A DNA stretch of 64,000 bases from contig NW_026782096.1 in NCBI RefSeq assembly GCF_031769215.1, positions 1 to 64,000 on the forward strand, written 5' to 3'. The number at the start of each line of letters is the position of its first letter. Position 1 is the stretch's first letter. Made by a program: the position numbers and the translations under genes. This stretch comes from Ylistrum balloti. Its lineage: Eukaryota. A model generated the notes under the pieces. The model was not told the DNA's origin. It did not search any database and saw only the letters and a program-made list of their open reading frames with translations. Of the stretch, positions 52,398 to 64,000 are shown piece by piece.

Positions 52398-53174
52398 TTG
52401 CCGATTTTCCGTCTCCGTGAAACTACCTATCAAAACTGTATATGGGTGAGAAGGCGGCGACAATCGGTCTACCAAAACATACACGGTCAGTTGGATTTAT
52501 AGTGGCGAAGTCATTACCCTCTCCTCCAGCTAAAACTGGCGATCCTGTCTGTAGTAGGACTTGACTCTCAGTTGGGGCTTACATACAAGTTTATTATTCA
52601 AAAACCAAATCCAAATATCTCAATATCTTTAAAGCAGAGAATTTACTAAATTTGATAAGTCTGATAATTACATATAAACTTAAAAACATTAATGTTGTCC
52701 GCATGTCGAGTACACATAATGTTATGATATTAGAAAGGATGGGTAGGTGACATTCTAAGACGAAATATGAAATGCCAATATTAGAACATAGATTTATAAC
52801 CAATGGTGGTGATCTTCCTATAGGTAATTGTCCTTCAGTGTACACAACACAGATGTTAACTGCTAACTTCTTATTATCGCGGTGTTATTTCTTCCGCTGC
52901 TTTCGAGGGTGAAATGATATCGCGAACATTCGATATATTGTCCGTTTCAGGTGGAAAAGACATATTTTTGCATTAAAAAAGATACAATTTCGAATAAAAA
53001 CCCAAAGTACAATTTGTCTGTCTTCACTATATATGTGTAGGAGTTCCCTCCCTTCTCATCACATTACGATGTCCTGTATATATCCAGTATTAGGAACAGA
53101 ATATCCTCCATAAATAGTAGAAATTAACATTCGAAATGAAATGCCTCGGTTTGATAGTTTGAATCCTGACTTGA

Positions 53175-53525
53175 CGGAAAGGAACGAGGTATTCTCATTT
53201 GAGTCCTAGTTTTTACGGAAAGGAGCGAGGTATTCTCATTTGAGTCCTAGTTTTTACGGAAAGGAGCGAGGTATTCTCATTTGAGTCCTAGTTTTTACGG
53301 AAAGGAACGAGGTATTCTCATTTGAGTCCTAGTTTTTACGGAAAGGAACGAGATATTCTCATTTGAGTTCTATTATTACCGGAAAGGAGCGAGGTATTCT
53401 TATTTGAGTTCTATTATTACCGGAAAGGAGCGAGGTATTCTTATTTGAATCCTAGTTTTTACGTAAAGGGTGAGATATTTTCGAGTTGAGTCTTAAAATT
53501 TACGTAAATGAGCGAGATAATCTCG
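53175..53525. repeat. 41-bp minisatellite, ~8 copies
   Basis: Unit cggaaaggagcgaggtattctcatttgagtcctagttttta. Starts at 53175 and 53216; decays rightwards. Confidence 0.95.
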
Positions 53526-53801
53526 AGTTGATTTGAGGAAATTGACGAAGTTTATGATCTAGATTTCATTCCATCGCTTAATCGATAGTTGGGGAGAGGA
53601 CCGGTTAGAGAACTCAGTTGGATTTCTAGGCTCAAAAGTCATCGTCATTTTGGATTAGAAGCTCACAGCTCAATCTTCCCATGTGTCGTGTCTGTATAAC
53701 AGTGCTTTCCTCAATTTTTCGGAGTTTGTTTTTCTTGGAATGATGAAAGTCAGGTGAAGCGCTGCATCTGTCGAGATAGAGGTGATTGACCCTGGTACGG
53801 G

Positions 53802-54359
53802 TTTAGGTATGACTTGTATGCTTTTCTTCAAACTAACGCAACGCTGCCAGTAACACATGATCCCGCGGTGTATGAAGGGATGAACTCCTGGAGAGTCAAC
53901 AACGTCAATGCAAATATGCTGCAAAGTGAAAATTTTACAACATTTAATTGGTTTGGCACATAATCAAGGTAGCAGAAAAAACATTTTATCGATGTAGAAT
54001 TTATATCAATTTATCATACTATTGTAAATTATATAAAGCAATGCTTGAATGCCGACTCTTTCAGAGGTCTTAATAATTTGGCGTTTTAGGTATGACTTGT
54101 ATGCTTCTTCAAACTAACGCAACGCTGCCAGTAACACATGATCCCGCGGTGTATATTTCGCCAAAGGAGAGTCAACAACGTCAATGCAAATATGCTGCAA
54201 AGTGAAAATTTTACAACATTTAATTGGTTTGGCACATAATCAAGGTAGCAGAAAAAACATTTTATCGATGTAGAATTTATATCTATCATACTATTGTAAA
54301 TTATATAAAGCAATGCTTGAATGCCGACTCTTTCAGAGGTCTTAATAATTTGGCGTTTT
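53802..54359. repeat. ~283-bp tandem segmental duplication
   Basis: 53802-54087 is repeated at 54085-54359, nearly identical except for one replaced patch. Confidence 0.95.
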
Positions 54360-54360
54360 C

Positions 54361-54641
54361 AGATAGACAATCGCCCGCAAACGAGACAAAATACGGACCG
54401 GCAATCTCGCTCCTTGGCCTATTTCGCCAAAGCGAGGGAGCAACAGCGCGATGCGAGGAAGTGACATCACGAATGCGAGGGAGTAAAGGAGCGAGAACGC
54501 GACGGCGAGGGAGCAAGAACGCAACGACTAGGGAGTGAGGGAGCGAGAACGCGACGGCGAGGGAGCGAGAACGCAACGGCGAGGGATCGAGATCGTTATC
54601 GCTCTCTTGCGACCTCGCTTCGCATTGCTACATCGTCAATC
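54361..54641. repeat. GC-rich short element with internal ~22-bp gagggagcgagaacgcgacggc repeats; possible MITE
   Basis: Internal repeats seen directly. The ends AGATAGACAAT and ATCGTCAATCT form only an imperfect 11-bp inverted repeat. Confidence 0.45.
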
Positions 54642-55791
54642 TACAGGACAGTAATAGGAGCCGTATTGAGCTTGTATGTCGTGTTTTCCTCGGTGGTTTA
54701 AAAAAAACAAAACCATCAATCGCGATCTGACGTAAAAGGGTTTTGCGTCACATGAATAATAACGCGAGTCCCCTCTCCCGCCACATCTCCGTCGATTTCG
54801 TCCCGAAACAAGACCTTCGCGCTTGCGCTTTCGTCCTCGAGCCAACAAAAGAGATTGATATTAATATACATTTCAATATACAAAACTATGAAATATATTG
54901 GATAAAAATGCTTCAATATAATTATCAGTTTTGCACTGGGACTTTGAATGCTTTTATATGGATAAAGATAAACTTATGTAAGGTAATAGTTCGGCCATCG
55001 CCAATTTATTTGGGTGGGGGGGGGGGAGGGGGGAGGGGGGGGGGCGGGAATAGCGAAACGAAATGGTATCGGAGGATTCCATGTTTTCATCTAAAAGGGC
55101 TCACTGTCTTCTTCCGTCAAAATGTCTAACGTCTGGTGTAGAAACCGGAGGATACTCGGGCGGTAGGTAACGTGACCAACATCTACATATACAGCAAAGT
55201 GATTCCGAACTATCACCCCTCCCACATCCCCCTTCCCATGTTGCAATATAATTATTATTCAGCAAATTGCAAGATATTTAGCGAAATCAGACATTAGCAG
55301 TATAGAGTACAGGTTACACCTTTAGCGAATATGCTTATTATATATAGGTACTAGTAAACATACACCTTATGTGCTGGCCTAGTTCGTTTGACCGTTTCAT
55401 TTCTCTATTATTACTTCAGAGGTAAGAAATCATCGTATCGATGATAAAACTTGTCATATTTCGCCATAATGAGTGTGTGTAACGACTCCCGGTTCTATAT
55501 CTGTAATTTACAGGTATTAATAAAACCCCTAATCAATGTCATATCTGTCTATCTCCCTGTAGAAGTGATTGTACCTGTCCGGCCGGTGTTGTAAGTGATT
55601 TACGTTCTAGATGGGCAACTGCTTCCTGACAACCGTCCACAACCTGAGTGTGCAGGGAACAATTTATGTGCTGTATTTAGGAGTGCGTGGGAGTATTAGT
55701 ATTAATCCCAAGCCACAGTCGACCGAACTCTACTAACTTACTCAAAACGACTGGTCTGATATTCCGATACATATAGATACACCATAGAATT

Positions 55792-55827
<36 letters not shown>
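55792..55827. repeat. (ATC)12 microsatellite
   Basis: Seen directly. Confidence 0.98.
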
Positions 55828-56829
55828 TATCAAAGTCCGTGATACCAAAGGGTGATGTGGATATACTTGTATTATACTCACAGGAACCGGACGTTCTACA
55901 ATGTATATATAGCTATTATCCTACTAATCAAAGTAACAGGACCTGCTGTTTTAGTGGTATAACAGTTATATTTCACAGACAAAACGTCTGATTTCTGTAA
56001 TAACACTCGTACAGATTATGATGAAAATTATCCCCTTTCACTTCAAGCATTTGATATACATGAATGTCGTTTTTATTGCTTTGATGCATTGCTTACTAAA
56101 ATGAAATGATAAATGACAATTCTTGGAACAGAGACAGATTGCAAGTCTGTTGTGCTGAAAGTATGTTCTAGCAGAGACGTGTGTTATGTACGTCTATGAT
56201 TTAAGTAATTATAACGAGCATGTTGCCCAATTATCTCTTTTACGATCTACATGCAATTTGTGGAGGGATTAAGATTTTCTACATTGTTGCATTAAATTTT
56301 ACTTTGTATCAAACTATGCAACTATGTACCAAATTCAGTAAAATATTCCTTACTAGGCTCACAAATATAATAGCTCGGACTACTGTCTAAAATTTTAGTC
56401 CCTGGTCAGATCAAGGAACCATCTGGTCTGACCGCACGTTATCAGATTGACCTGTAGCTCGCCACAACTGCGCCCAGTCTCCCACTCCTCACATATAATA
56501 CACTGCACATGCGTCCGACGCCCGTATCGTATTACATAACATTAATTGAATGTATTGTTATACTGCTACACGTACTCTCAGAATGGCCCCTATCAAAAGA
56601 TCATATTCGTCGGTTGTTGATCTTTGATTTCCCTACACGGGGCCCCGATCGGGAGATCAATATTCCAGCACACACGCATACACACTCGCCGCTTTTAACG
56701 CGCGTGGGCGTAGCTAGCTGGGGTTGGAGCACACACGTATCGCTCTCCAGCTCACGGAGATGAGAAAATTAGAGTGAAAAAATCTTCTGGATATATTTAT
56801 GTTAACGAAACGTGTTCCTGTTTTTGCAG

Positions 56830-56895
56830 GATTTCAACGTACGACATTTCTGTGAATTCTGTTGCTGCTTTTCCTCGATTTCGGGACAAGACAGG
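56830..56895 (+). other. Candidate 66-nt exon (coding status unknown)
   Basis: Strong acceptor tgttcctgtttttgcAG and strong donor AGG|GTAAGT, in a CpG-richer island. Confidence 0.4.
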
Positions 56896-59489
56896 GTAAG
56901 TCTGATGTCGTATGCCAGCAAACATCTGGCCTGCTGATTCTCTCGTACGGGGAATGTCGTGTTATTACTGTAACGAGGTAACCTAAAGCCTGCTGTATCC
57001 TAACGTGTTTGGTGCCTCGAGCTTGTTTGTATAGTAGTTCACGGACCGTGTCCAAGCTGTGGTTTGGTCAACATGTTGGCTGTGATGTCAGAGCTGTTAG
57101 GCTAAACACGAAAGCGAGCTTTAATGATTGGTAATGGGTAGGCGACATACGTAACGTGTTAAATGATCACGGCCATGTCCAGTGTCAAGAGAAACCGGTG
57201 TGGGGTTTGTGGGTTAGTCTAGATCTACAGACGGAAGCTAAGGTGTTCCGTGGAGGATGAAAGTAATTGGACCGCGGGGTTAATGGGAACATGGCTCAGG
57301 GGAGACACGTCAGTTTGTACAACAAATAGTCTGCAACGAATCAGTGGTTACGAAAAAGATGCTGGTCAATTCACTCTTATGTAGGGTGGGGCTTTGTTCT
57401 CGCTATAAACAGACTTACTATATACATGTTTTTTGGGGTGCCTAGGTACAGTGTATATGTGTATATACCCTACATAGCTATAATATTATATAAAATTAAC
57501 TCATTCTCCTATCAGAGGCATCACTTCTGTTCATTATGTTATCATATTAATATGGAATCGTGTTTGTAACCTGAAACTGGTCATTATTTGGTGGAGATAT
57601 ACAGCTAAAGAGCAGCTGGAGTGATGTATTGGTCTGCTGAAAATGGACTATTATCACAGACTTCAAAATTCTGACCAGTTGCCATAAACACTGGACTGGT
57701 CAGAAAGGAACTGTGAGAATCATAGAACTATGTTTCTATTGCCCATGTTAAAGTATAATTATTGTATACCTATAAATATATATAGATATGGTAAGATGGA
57801 GGGTCCAGAGCTGTCATCAGGAAGCTGGGTCCCTGTCAGAGGGAAATGTGGAGAGGGGGTGGGGTGAATATGAAAGGTTTGATTATAAATTTTGCTTATC
57901 ACAAATGAAATTGTGCTGCAATGTAATGGCAAAATGCAAAAAACAGCAGACTGATATTTACGAGCAGAGACGCTTGTATTTTTTCATGTCTGGTATGACC
58001 GTGTGCATGCTGCAATATGACTGAATAAAAATGTTTTATTTATTTGACAAAATAAAGATTTTCAATAAGATTATGGACAGTTTTGTGGTTAAAGTGATGG
58101 GACTTTGTAATAGTAATAATTCTTGAATCCAAGAGTTTAGAAGAAAACGAAATGGTAAGCTGTAAATATGATGTTATTTGGTAATATAAATTTCAATCTG
58201 ACACAGACATTTGTTACACTATTCGATTCTGGTCGGCAAGTGTAGCTCCAATTGGCTTATTACAAATATATGTGAGAGCTGCAATCTTTTTCAATTTTTT
58301 ACATTGTACAGGCAATAGCTAGTCACAAATACAATCTCACTGCTATGTATGGCATAAAGCTAAAATGATCAATCTTTAAAACCAACATTGTCAACTTAAC
58401 CATACTAATAGGCATGGTTAGATATTTTTCAGTGCGTCATGCATTTGCTTCAGTTTTTATCGAGTTGATGTGTTTACATCTGTCTTGGTAGACTGTGCTT
58501 CTGCACATGGTGAAATATGTTCTTCGAAAATTGTGTTGTTCTCATAAGAGTTCTAAAATGTGCCATATTATCAGGGTAAAAAGAACTATTAAGATAGTTT
58601 TAGCCATGATATTTAGATGCCACTTGTAGTTAGGTCCATGCTCAAACCATGCAGTAGACTGATTTTTTAAAAATATTCCAAATGACAGTTTATATCATGA
58701 ACTTCCTTATTGCTTTATATAAGAGATCAGAAAAGTCACCACCCAAATGTCCTCTTTGTCATGTTGAAAGGTAAATTCTGGCCCCAAGCAACCTTATTTA
58801 TAAATGTCAATATTAATGCCATGGAGCATCATTTATACTCCTTTCCAGGAAGTTTATTTCTTTCAGTTCCTTGTTTGATACTTGTTTAGGATATTACATT
58901 GCTCTGTATAGGTAGCTTACAGGTAACTTGTTGAAGAAGGGCAATAATACCAAAAAAGTGTGTAAGGTTTTCTCTTCCCAGCTGAAGCATATTGTGTATA
59001 CCATACAAATATTTTACTTTAAAGAGAGAATATATATATATATATATATACCCAGATTCAGAATTCCAGAAAGTTGAATTATTTATGCAGATAGTGCCCT
59101 GTATGACATGATTAACACAATACTGTATAGTTTTTAATTTTGAAGGGCTCGTATTTAACTATTGTTCACCTTGGACTTCTGCATGGTTATTTTACTTTTC
59201 GTTTGTCTATTATGTGGTATTGATATATACAGGCAATACATATATTTTGTGAGATTTACAGTTAAAATATTTCCTGGGTATTTAATTGCGGGTTATGTTT
59301 CCTAACCACAAATATAGACAAAGTAAATCCCTGTTGATTATAACTAACTATTCAGTATGTGACCTGTTAGAAAAGCAAAGGTTATACACAGAAACTGAAT
59401 ACATTGAGTTTATTTATTCTATATCAATTGTAAAAGAAATCTTTCCAACTTATGTTAAATGCGCTTGTTTGACCCAATGGAAGTGTGTG

Positions 59490-59545
59490 TGGGGTCTTAC
59501 TGTGGGAGGAAACCAGAGTACACAGGGAAAACCCATGTGACCCCA
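59490..59545 (-). mobile_element. SINE central-domain fragment (V-domain/Meta-like)
   Basis: Minus strand gggttttccctgtgtactctggtttcctcccacag resembles the conserved GGTTTTCTCCGGGTACTCCGGTTTCCTCCCAC core. A similar decayed motif lies at ~55140-55165. Confidence 0.6.
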
Positions 59546-59732
59546 TACCTTTTCACTTTTTTCTCCAGATAAATTGAGTGGTCAAACTGGACATTGAAAT
59601 CGACGTTGAATATTAGGGAAACATAGAAATGTAGCTGAAAGTGTATAAAACACACACAATGTTTTTCCTAATGTTTTTACTATGATGTCCTTTTCACTTC
59701 TGAATAACGTTATACTTTCTGTGTGATTTCAC

Positions 59733-59893
59733 CTGTTTGTGCTTCATACCAGTAAAAGTCAAGGATATTAAGCGATAGATGTATTGTACAATATCTTGTG
59801 CTTGCATTGTGTATACAGTATGTACAGGGACCTTGCACACATTCCCAACCCATGGTCAATATATATGCATCAGTATAATGACGGGTTTTAACT
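59733..59893 (-). CDS. Candidate internal exon of an unidentified gene (VKTRHYTDAYILTMGWECVQGPCTYCIHNASTRYCTIHLSLNILDFYWYEAQT)
   Basis: Pyrimidine-rich ttacAG acceptor, CAG|GTGAAA donor and 53 open codons. No family recognised. Confidence 0.35.
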
Positions 59894-61849
59894 CTGTAAA
59901 AAGGAAAACTGACCATATTATTTTTAATTATGTCTTTTGATATTCATAAAGCAAGTTATGACCTGACAAATTTGAAAATATAGGTAGAAATGGTGAGGTA
60001 GACATTTTCCTGTGTGGTAAAAACATGCTCTCGTCTCTAATGGGTAGCTCAATAACTATGCTGAAATCGAAATTGCAGAATGTACTCTTGTGGTGAAAAT
60101 GTACATTTGTGGTGGTATACAGTATCCATGACTGTGTCCCTACAGAATGTCTTTTGATGTCATGCTTGTGGAAATTCAACATTAACATTACACATCAAGG
60201 TGCTCTCTACCTCAATAACGCCATGTTTTCTCTTATTTCGCTGATCACTAATGTACACTGTACCTGATCTTGGCCCGGGTCCCAAAACCCAGTCCAGGAT
60301 TATGATAGATAATATATATCTCCGGAATGGAAAATCAAATTCATTTCTAATTTTCTTCTAAAATCTATTTAAATGTGTTGAAAATCTTAAACTTTGAATG
60401 AAGTAGTTACAATTTCATATTTGATTGCTGAGTTCAAATTTTCATCCCCTGAAAAATGCAAATCACAGATAAACCAGGGATGTTTAATATATGTCCCTGA
60501 AATAAATAAGATTTCATGGATTTGTTCAAACATTTGTTATGTTAGACGCACTATTAACGTTTCTCAATGTTTTCATGGACATATATAATACATAGGTACA
60601 TGCAGTCTTAGTAAAGGGGGAAGTATGAGACCAATAGGATACACGAGTAAACAGTTAAATAAATTAAAGGGACATGACGGTAAAACATTAATTCTGTTAT
60701 TGATTGTGACTTATACACTTCCAGTTATGTATCTATGCTGTCCCCATATTCACAGTAAATTTCCAATGTCCAGCTTGACCACTTCTTTGGTTTGGGAAAA
60801 CTCTCTGAAATTTAGTGCTGATAATGTCACACGACAGTTTGGAAAACAAGGCAGTTTATTTCATAAACCTGAACACATGATGTCAGGCAGAAATGACAGT
60901 AGTGACAGTTAGTAAAATCTTGTTTTTCAGCGCTGGATTTTGTTATGGCTGTGGCAAATGTCATTCTATAACTCAAAGTCAATTCAGAATTACAAAATAA
61001 GTAACTTTAGTCGCTAACCAATTCAGGTGGGAAGCCACTTTTGTTTACAGGCAACTTTGTTTTACGTGCATGCATTATTATGTATGACACAAAAATTTAC
61101 ATATCCAGACTGTTGATGAACAGATAAATATTTCATGTTTATAATTATTGATTAATCGCTTTATTTACATATTTCAGTGAAAAACAACTAATTTTTGATA
61201 AGGTAATGATACAGTTGATATGTACGTACGTAATAAAAAAAATTTGTGAGAAAAAAAAATTGTTTCACCATGATGTCACTTTAATAGTAAAGAATAGTTA
61301 TAAATTTTACCTAAAAGAAAGAGCATTCGCAAATGATGATAAAATAATATTTCATATCATTTAATGTAAATACACAAAATTGAAGGATGCTGTCAAATTT
61401 TGATGAGTTTTGTTTTGCTGCCAGTCTACTAGAAAATAAGATTTCTAAGCTCAGAGTTGATGGGGAGAGGAGGAATGTCCTTATGGAAGTGACCAATAGG
61501 AAACAAGATGGGATACTTGGACACTGTAGCAACATTTCATTAGGTTTAGGTATTATCGATGGGGTTGTTGATAACAGCTCGTCACCAACAAATTGCCTCC
61601 TCTACATGGTAAACATATCATTACAATAGATATGGTCTTTGTCACATTCATAAAGTATGTGTATAACACATACTTACTAAGGTCTGAAACAGCTGGTGTC
61701 ATCTACTACAAAATATCACAAAATCAGTCAGAAATAATGAACTACAATGATCTGGGAAACCAATTCTCATCTGTAACATCTGTGTAATCATCTGGAGTCA
61801 TAGTTATCACTGACATCTCTAAATCAAACTCTACATTATTCTATTAAGG

Positions 61850-62720
61850 TAGAGGGGACAGGTGGTGTAAAGGGCAGAGCAGGGTGGGGAGGGTTGGGTC
61901 AGGTGGTGTAAAGGGCAGAGCAAGGTGGGGAGGGTCAGGGTGTAAAGGGAAGAGCAGGGTGGGGAGGGTTGGGTTAGGTGGTGTAAAGGGCAGAGCAGGA
62001 TGGGGAGGGTCGGGTTGTAAAGGGCAGAGCAGGGTAGGGAGGGTTGGGTCAGGAGGTGTAAAGGGCAGAACAGGGTGGGGAAGGTCAGGTGGTGAAAAGG
62101 GCAGAGCAGATTGGGGAAGGTCAGGTGGTGAAAAGGACAGAGCAGAGTGGGGAAGGTCAGATGGTGTAAAGGGCAGAGCAGGATGGGGAGGGTCGGATGA
62201 TGTAAAGGGCAGAGCAGAGTGAGGAAGGTCAGGTGGTGTAAAGGGCAGAGCAGGGTGGGGAGGGTCGGGTGATGTATAGGGCAGAGCAGAGTGAGGAAGG
62301 TTAGGTGGTGTAAAGGGCAGAGCAGGGTGGGGAGGGTCAGGTCAGTTAGGGTAAAAGGCAGAGCAGTGTGAGGAGGGTCAATAGAAAAAAGGGTAGAGCG
62401 GATGGGAAAGAGTCAGGTAGGGGTAAAGGGCAGAACAGGGTAGGGAGGATTAATGGAGAAATGGGTAGAGCAAGGTGGGAATGAGTCTATTGGGGAGGGG
62501 GAGGTAGGGTAAAGGCAGAACAGGTTGGAAAGGAGTCAAGTGGGGAAAAGGACAGAGCAGAAAGGGTAGGAGTCAGTGGGGTAAAGGGCAGAGCTAGGTG
62601 GGGAGTGTCAATGGAGCAAAGGGCAGAGTAGGATTGAGGGCAGGGCAGACAGGCTGGGGAGGGTCAGGTAGGATAAAGGACAGAGCAAAGCAGGGAGGAG
62701 TCAGAAGAGTAAAGGGTAAG
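61850..62720. repeat. G-rich ~36-bp minisatellite (gggcagagcagggtggggagggtcaggtggtgtaaa)
   Basis: Seen directly. Regular to ~62345, then decaying. Confidence 0.92.
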
Positions 62721-62949
62721 ATGTGGCTGTGGATAGAGGTTATGACCGAGGAAATGAAAATACATAAAATGCACGTTATCAACTCCAGCCACTCTATTGC
62801 TGGCACATGCTGCTTGTAGTAATAGCTAGATGCCATAACCTACTTCTGGTGTTAGAAAAGGAGATGCTGCAAATGTTAATTTATAGGTCATGAGTTTTCC
62901 TCTCACCTGTGCATACTGGTTAACATCTAGGTCATAATTTCCCCTTTCA

Positions 62950-64000
62950 CCTTTACATACAGGGTAATAGAATGTACAACTTTCCTTTTCAACTGTATAT
63001 ACAGGCTAACATGTAAATCACTACTTCCACTCTCACCTGTACATACAGGTTAACATGTAAATCACTACTACCCCTCTCACCTGTACATACAGGTTAATAT
63101 AAAGGTCACTACTTCCCCTCTCACCTGTACATACAGGTTAACATATAGGTCACTACTTCCCCTCTCACCTGTACATACAGGTTAACATATAGGTCACTAC
63201 TTCCCCTCTCACCTGTACATACAGGTTAACATATAGGTTACTACTTCCCCTCTCACCTGTACATACAGGTTAACATATAGGTCACTACTTCCCCTCTCAC
63301 CTGTACATACAGGTTAACATATAGGTTACTACTTCCCCTCTCACCTGTACATACAGGTTAACATATAGGTCACTACTTCCCCTCTCACCTGTACATACAG
63401 GTTAACATGAAAATCACTACTACCCCTCTCACCTGTACATACAGGATAACATATAGGTCACTACTTCCCCTCTCACCTGTACATACAGGTCAACATATGG
63501 GTCACAGCTTCCCTTTTCACCTGTACATACTGGTTATGATATGGGTCACAGCTTCCCTTTTCACCTGTACATACTGGTTATGATATGGGTCACAGCTTCC
63601 CTTTTCACCTGTACATACTGGTTATGATATAGGTTACAGCTTCCCTTCTCACCTGTACATACTGGTTATGATATGGGTCACAGCTTCCCTTCTCACCTGT
63701 ACATACTGGTTATGATATAGGTTACAGCTTCCCTTCTCACCTGTACATACTGGTTATGATATGGGTCACAGCTTCCCTTCTCACCTGTATGTACTGGTTA
63801 ACAGAAGGTACAACTTCCTGTCTCTCCTGTACATACAGGTTAACATGTAAATCACTACTTCCCCTCTCACCTATACATACAGGTTAACATTTAGGTCACA
63901 GCTTCCTTCTCACCTGTACATACAGGTCAACATATGGGTCACAGCTTCCCTTCTCACCTGTACATACTGGTTATGATATGGGTCACAGCTTCCCTTCTCA
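62950..64000. repeat. 44-bp minisatellite with internal palindrome; continues beyond the window
   Basis: Unit cacctgtacatacaggttaacatataggtcactacttcccctct. A second subtype starts at ~63490. Confidence 0.97.

Noticed and set aside
51150-52484. Long ORFs of 133-444 aa (PTNQPTDR.. / VGWLVGRS..)
   Set aside because: Translations of the GGTY microsatellite, which lacks stop codons in most frames. No evidence of coding function.
61884-62222. 112-aa Gly/Arg-rich ORF
   Set aside because: An in-frame read of the 36-bp repeat with a GTG start and no splice or domain support.
62950-64000. CRISPR-like appearance of the 44-bp array (also the 41-, 45- and 83-bp arrays)
   Set aside because: No unique spacers, no cas genes, and a eukaryotic context.
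40203-64000. Shared ACCTG core in the 30-, 22-, 36- and 44-bp arrays
   Set aside because: A 5-mer is too short to imply common origin, and the rest of the units do not align.

Overview
AT-rich, repeat-dense animal genomic DNA with spliceosomal introns and one N gap. A bivalve or other mollusc is my inference from the repeat content, not something the sequence shows. Best-supported features: (1) an intact 3,576-bp Spy-type (PHIS/ISL2EU-related) DNA transposon at 39-3614, with ~430-bp TIRs, an AAA|TTT target site without duplication, and a 674-aa DDE + SWIM transposase; (2) a 45-bp tandem array at 4428-4586 containing one fully canonical minimal type I hammerhead ribozyme, plus two broken copies of what looks like the same family elsewhere, one inside an intron; (3) a complete 4-exon, 553-aa NXPE-family gene on the minus strand (14870-10721), whose last eight codons and stop codon form the first unit of a ~35-copy 38-bp minisatellite; (4) an inverted NXPE paralog fragment at 42.6 kb. 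Also present are relics of a Polinton-type protein-primed DNA polymerase, Tx1/L1-like and CR1-like LINEs, a Hero-like RLE retroelement and a Penelope element, a pogo-like MITE, about ten mini/microsatellites, and a 283-bp tandem duplication with a template-switch signature. A few candidate exons of unidentified genes are reported at low confidence. Most short ORFs in the track are spurious.
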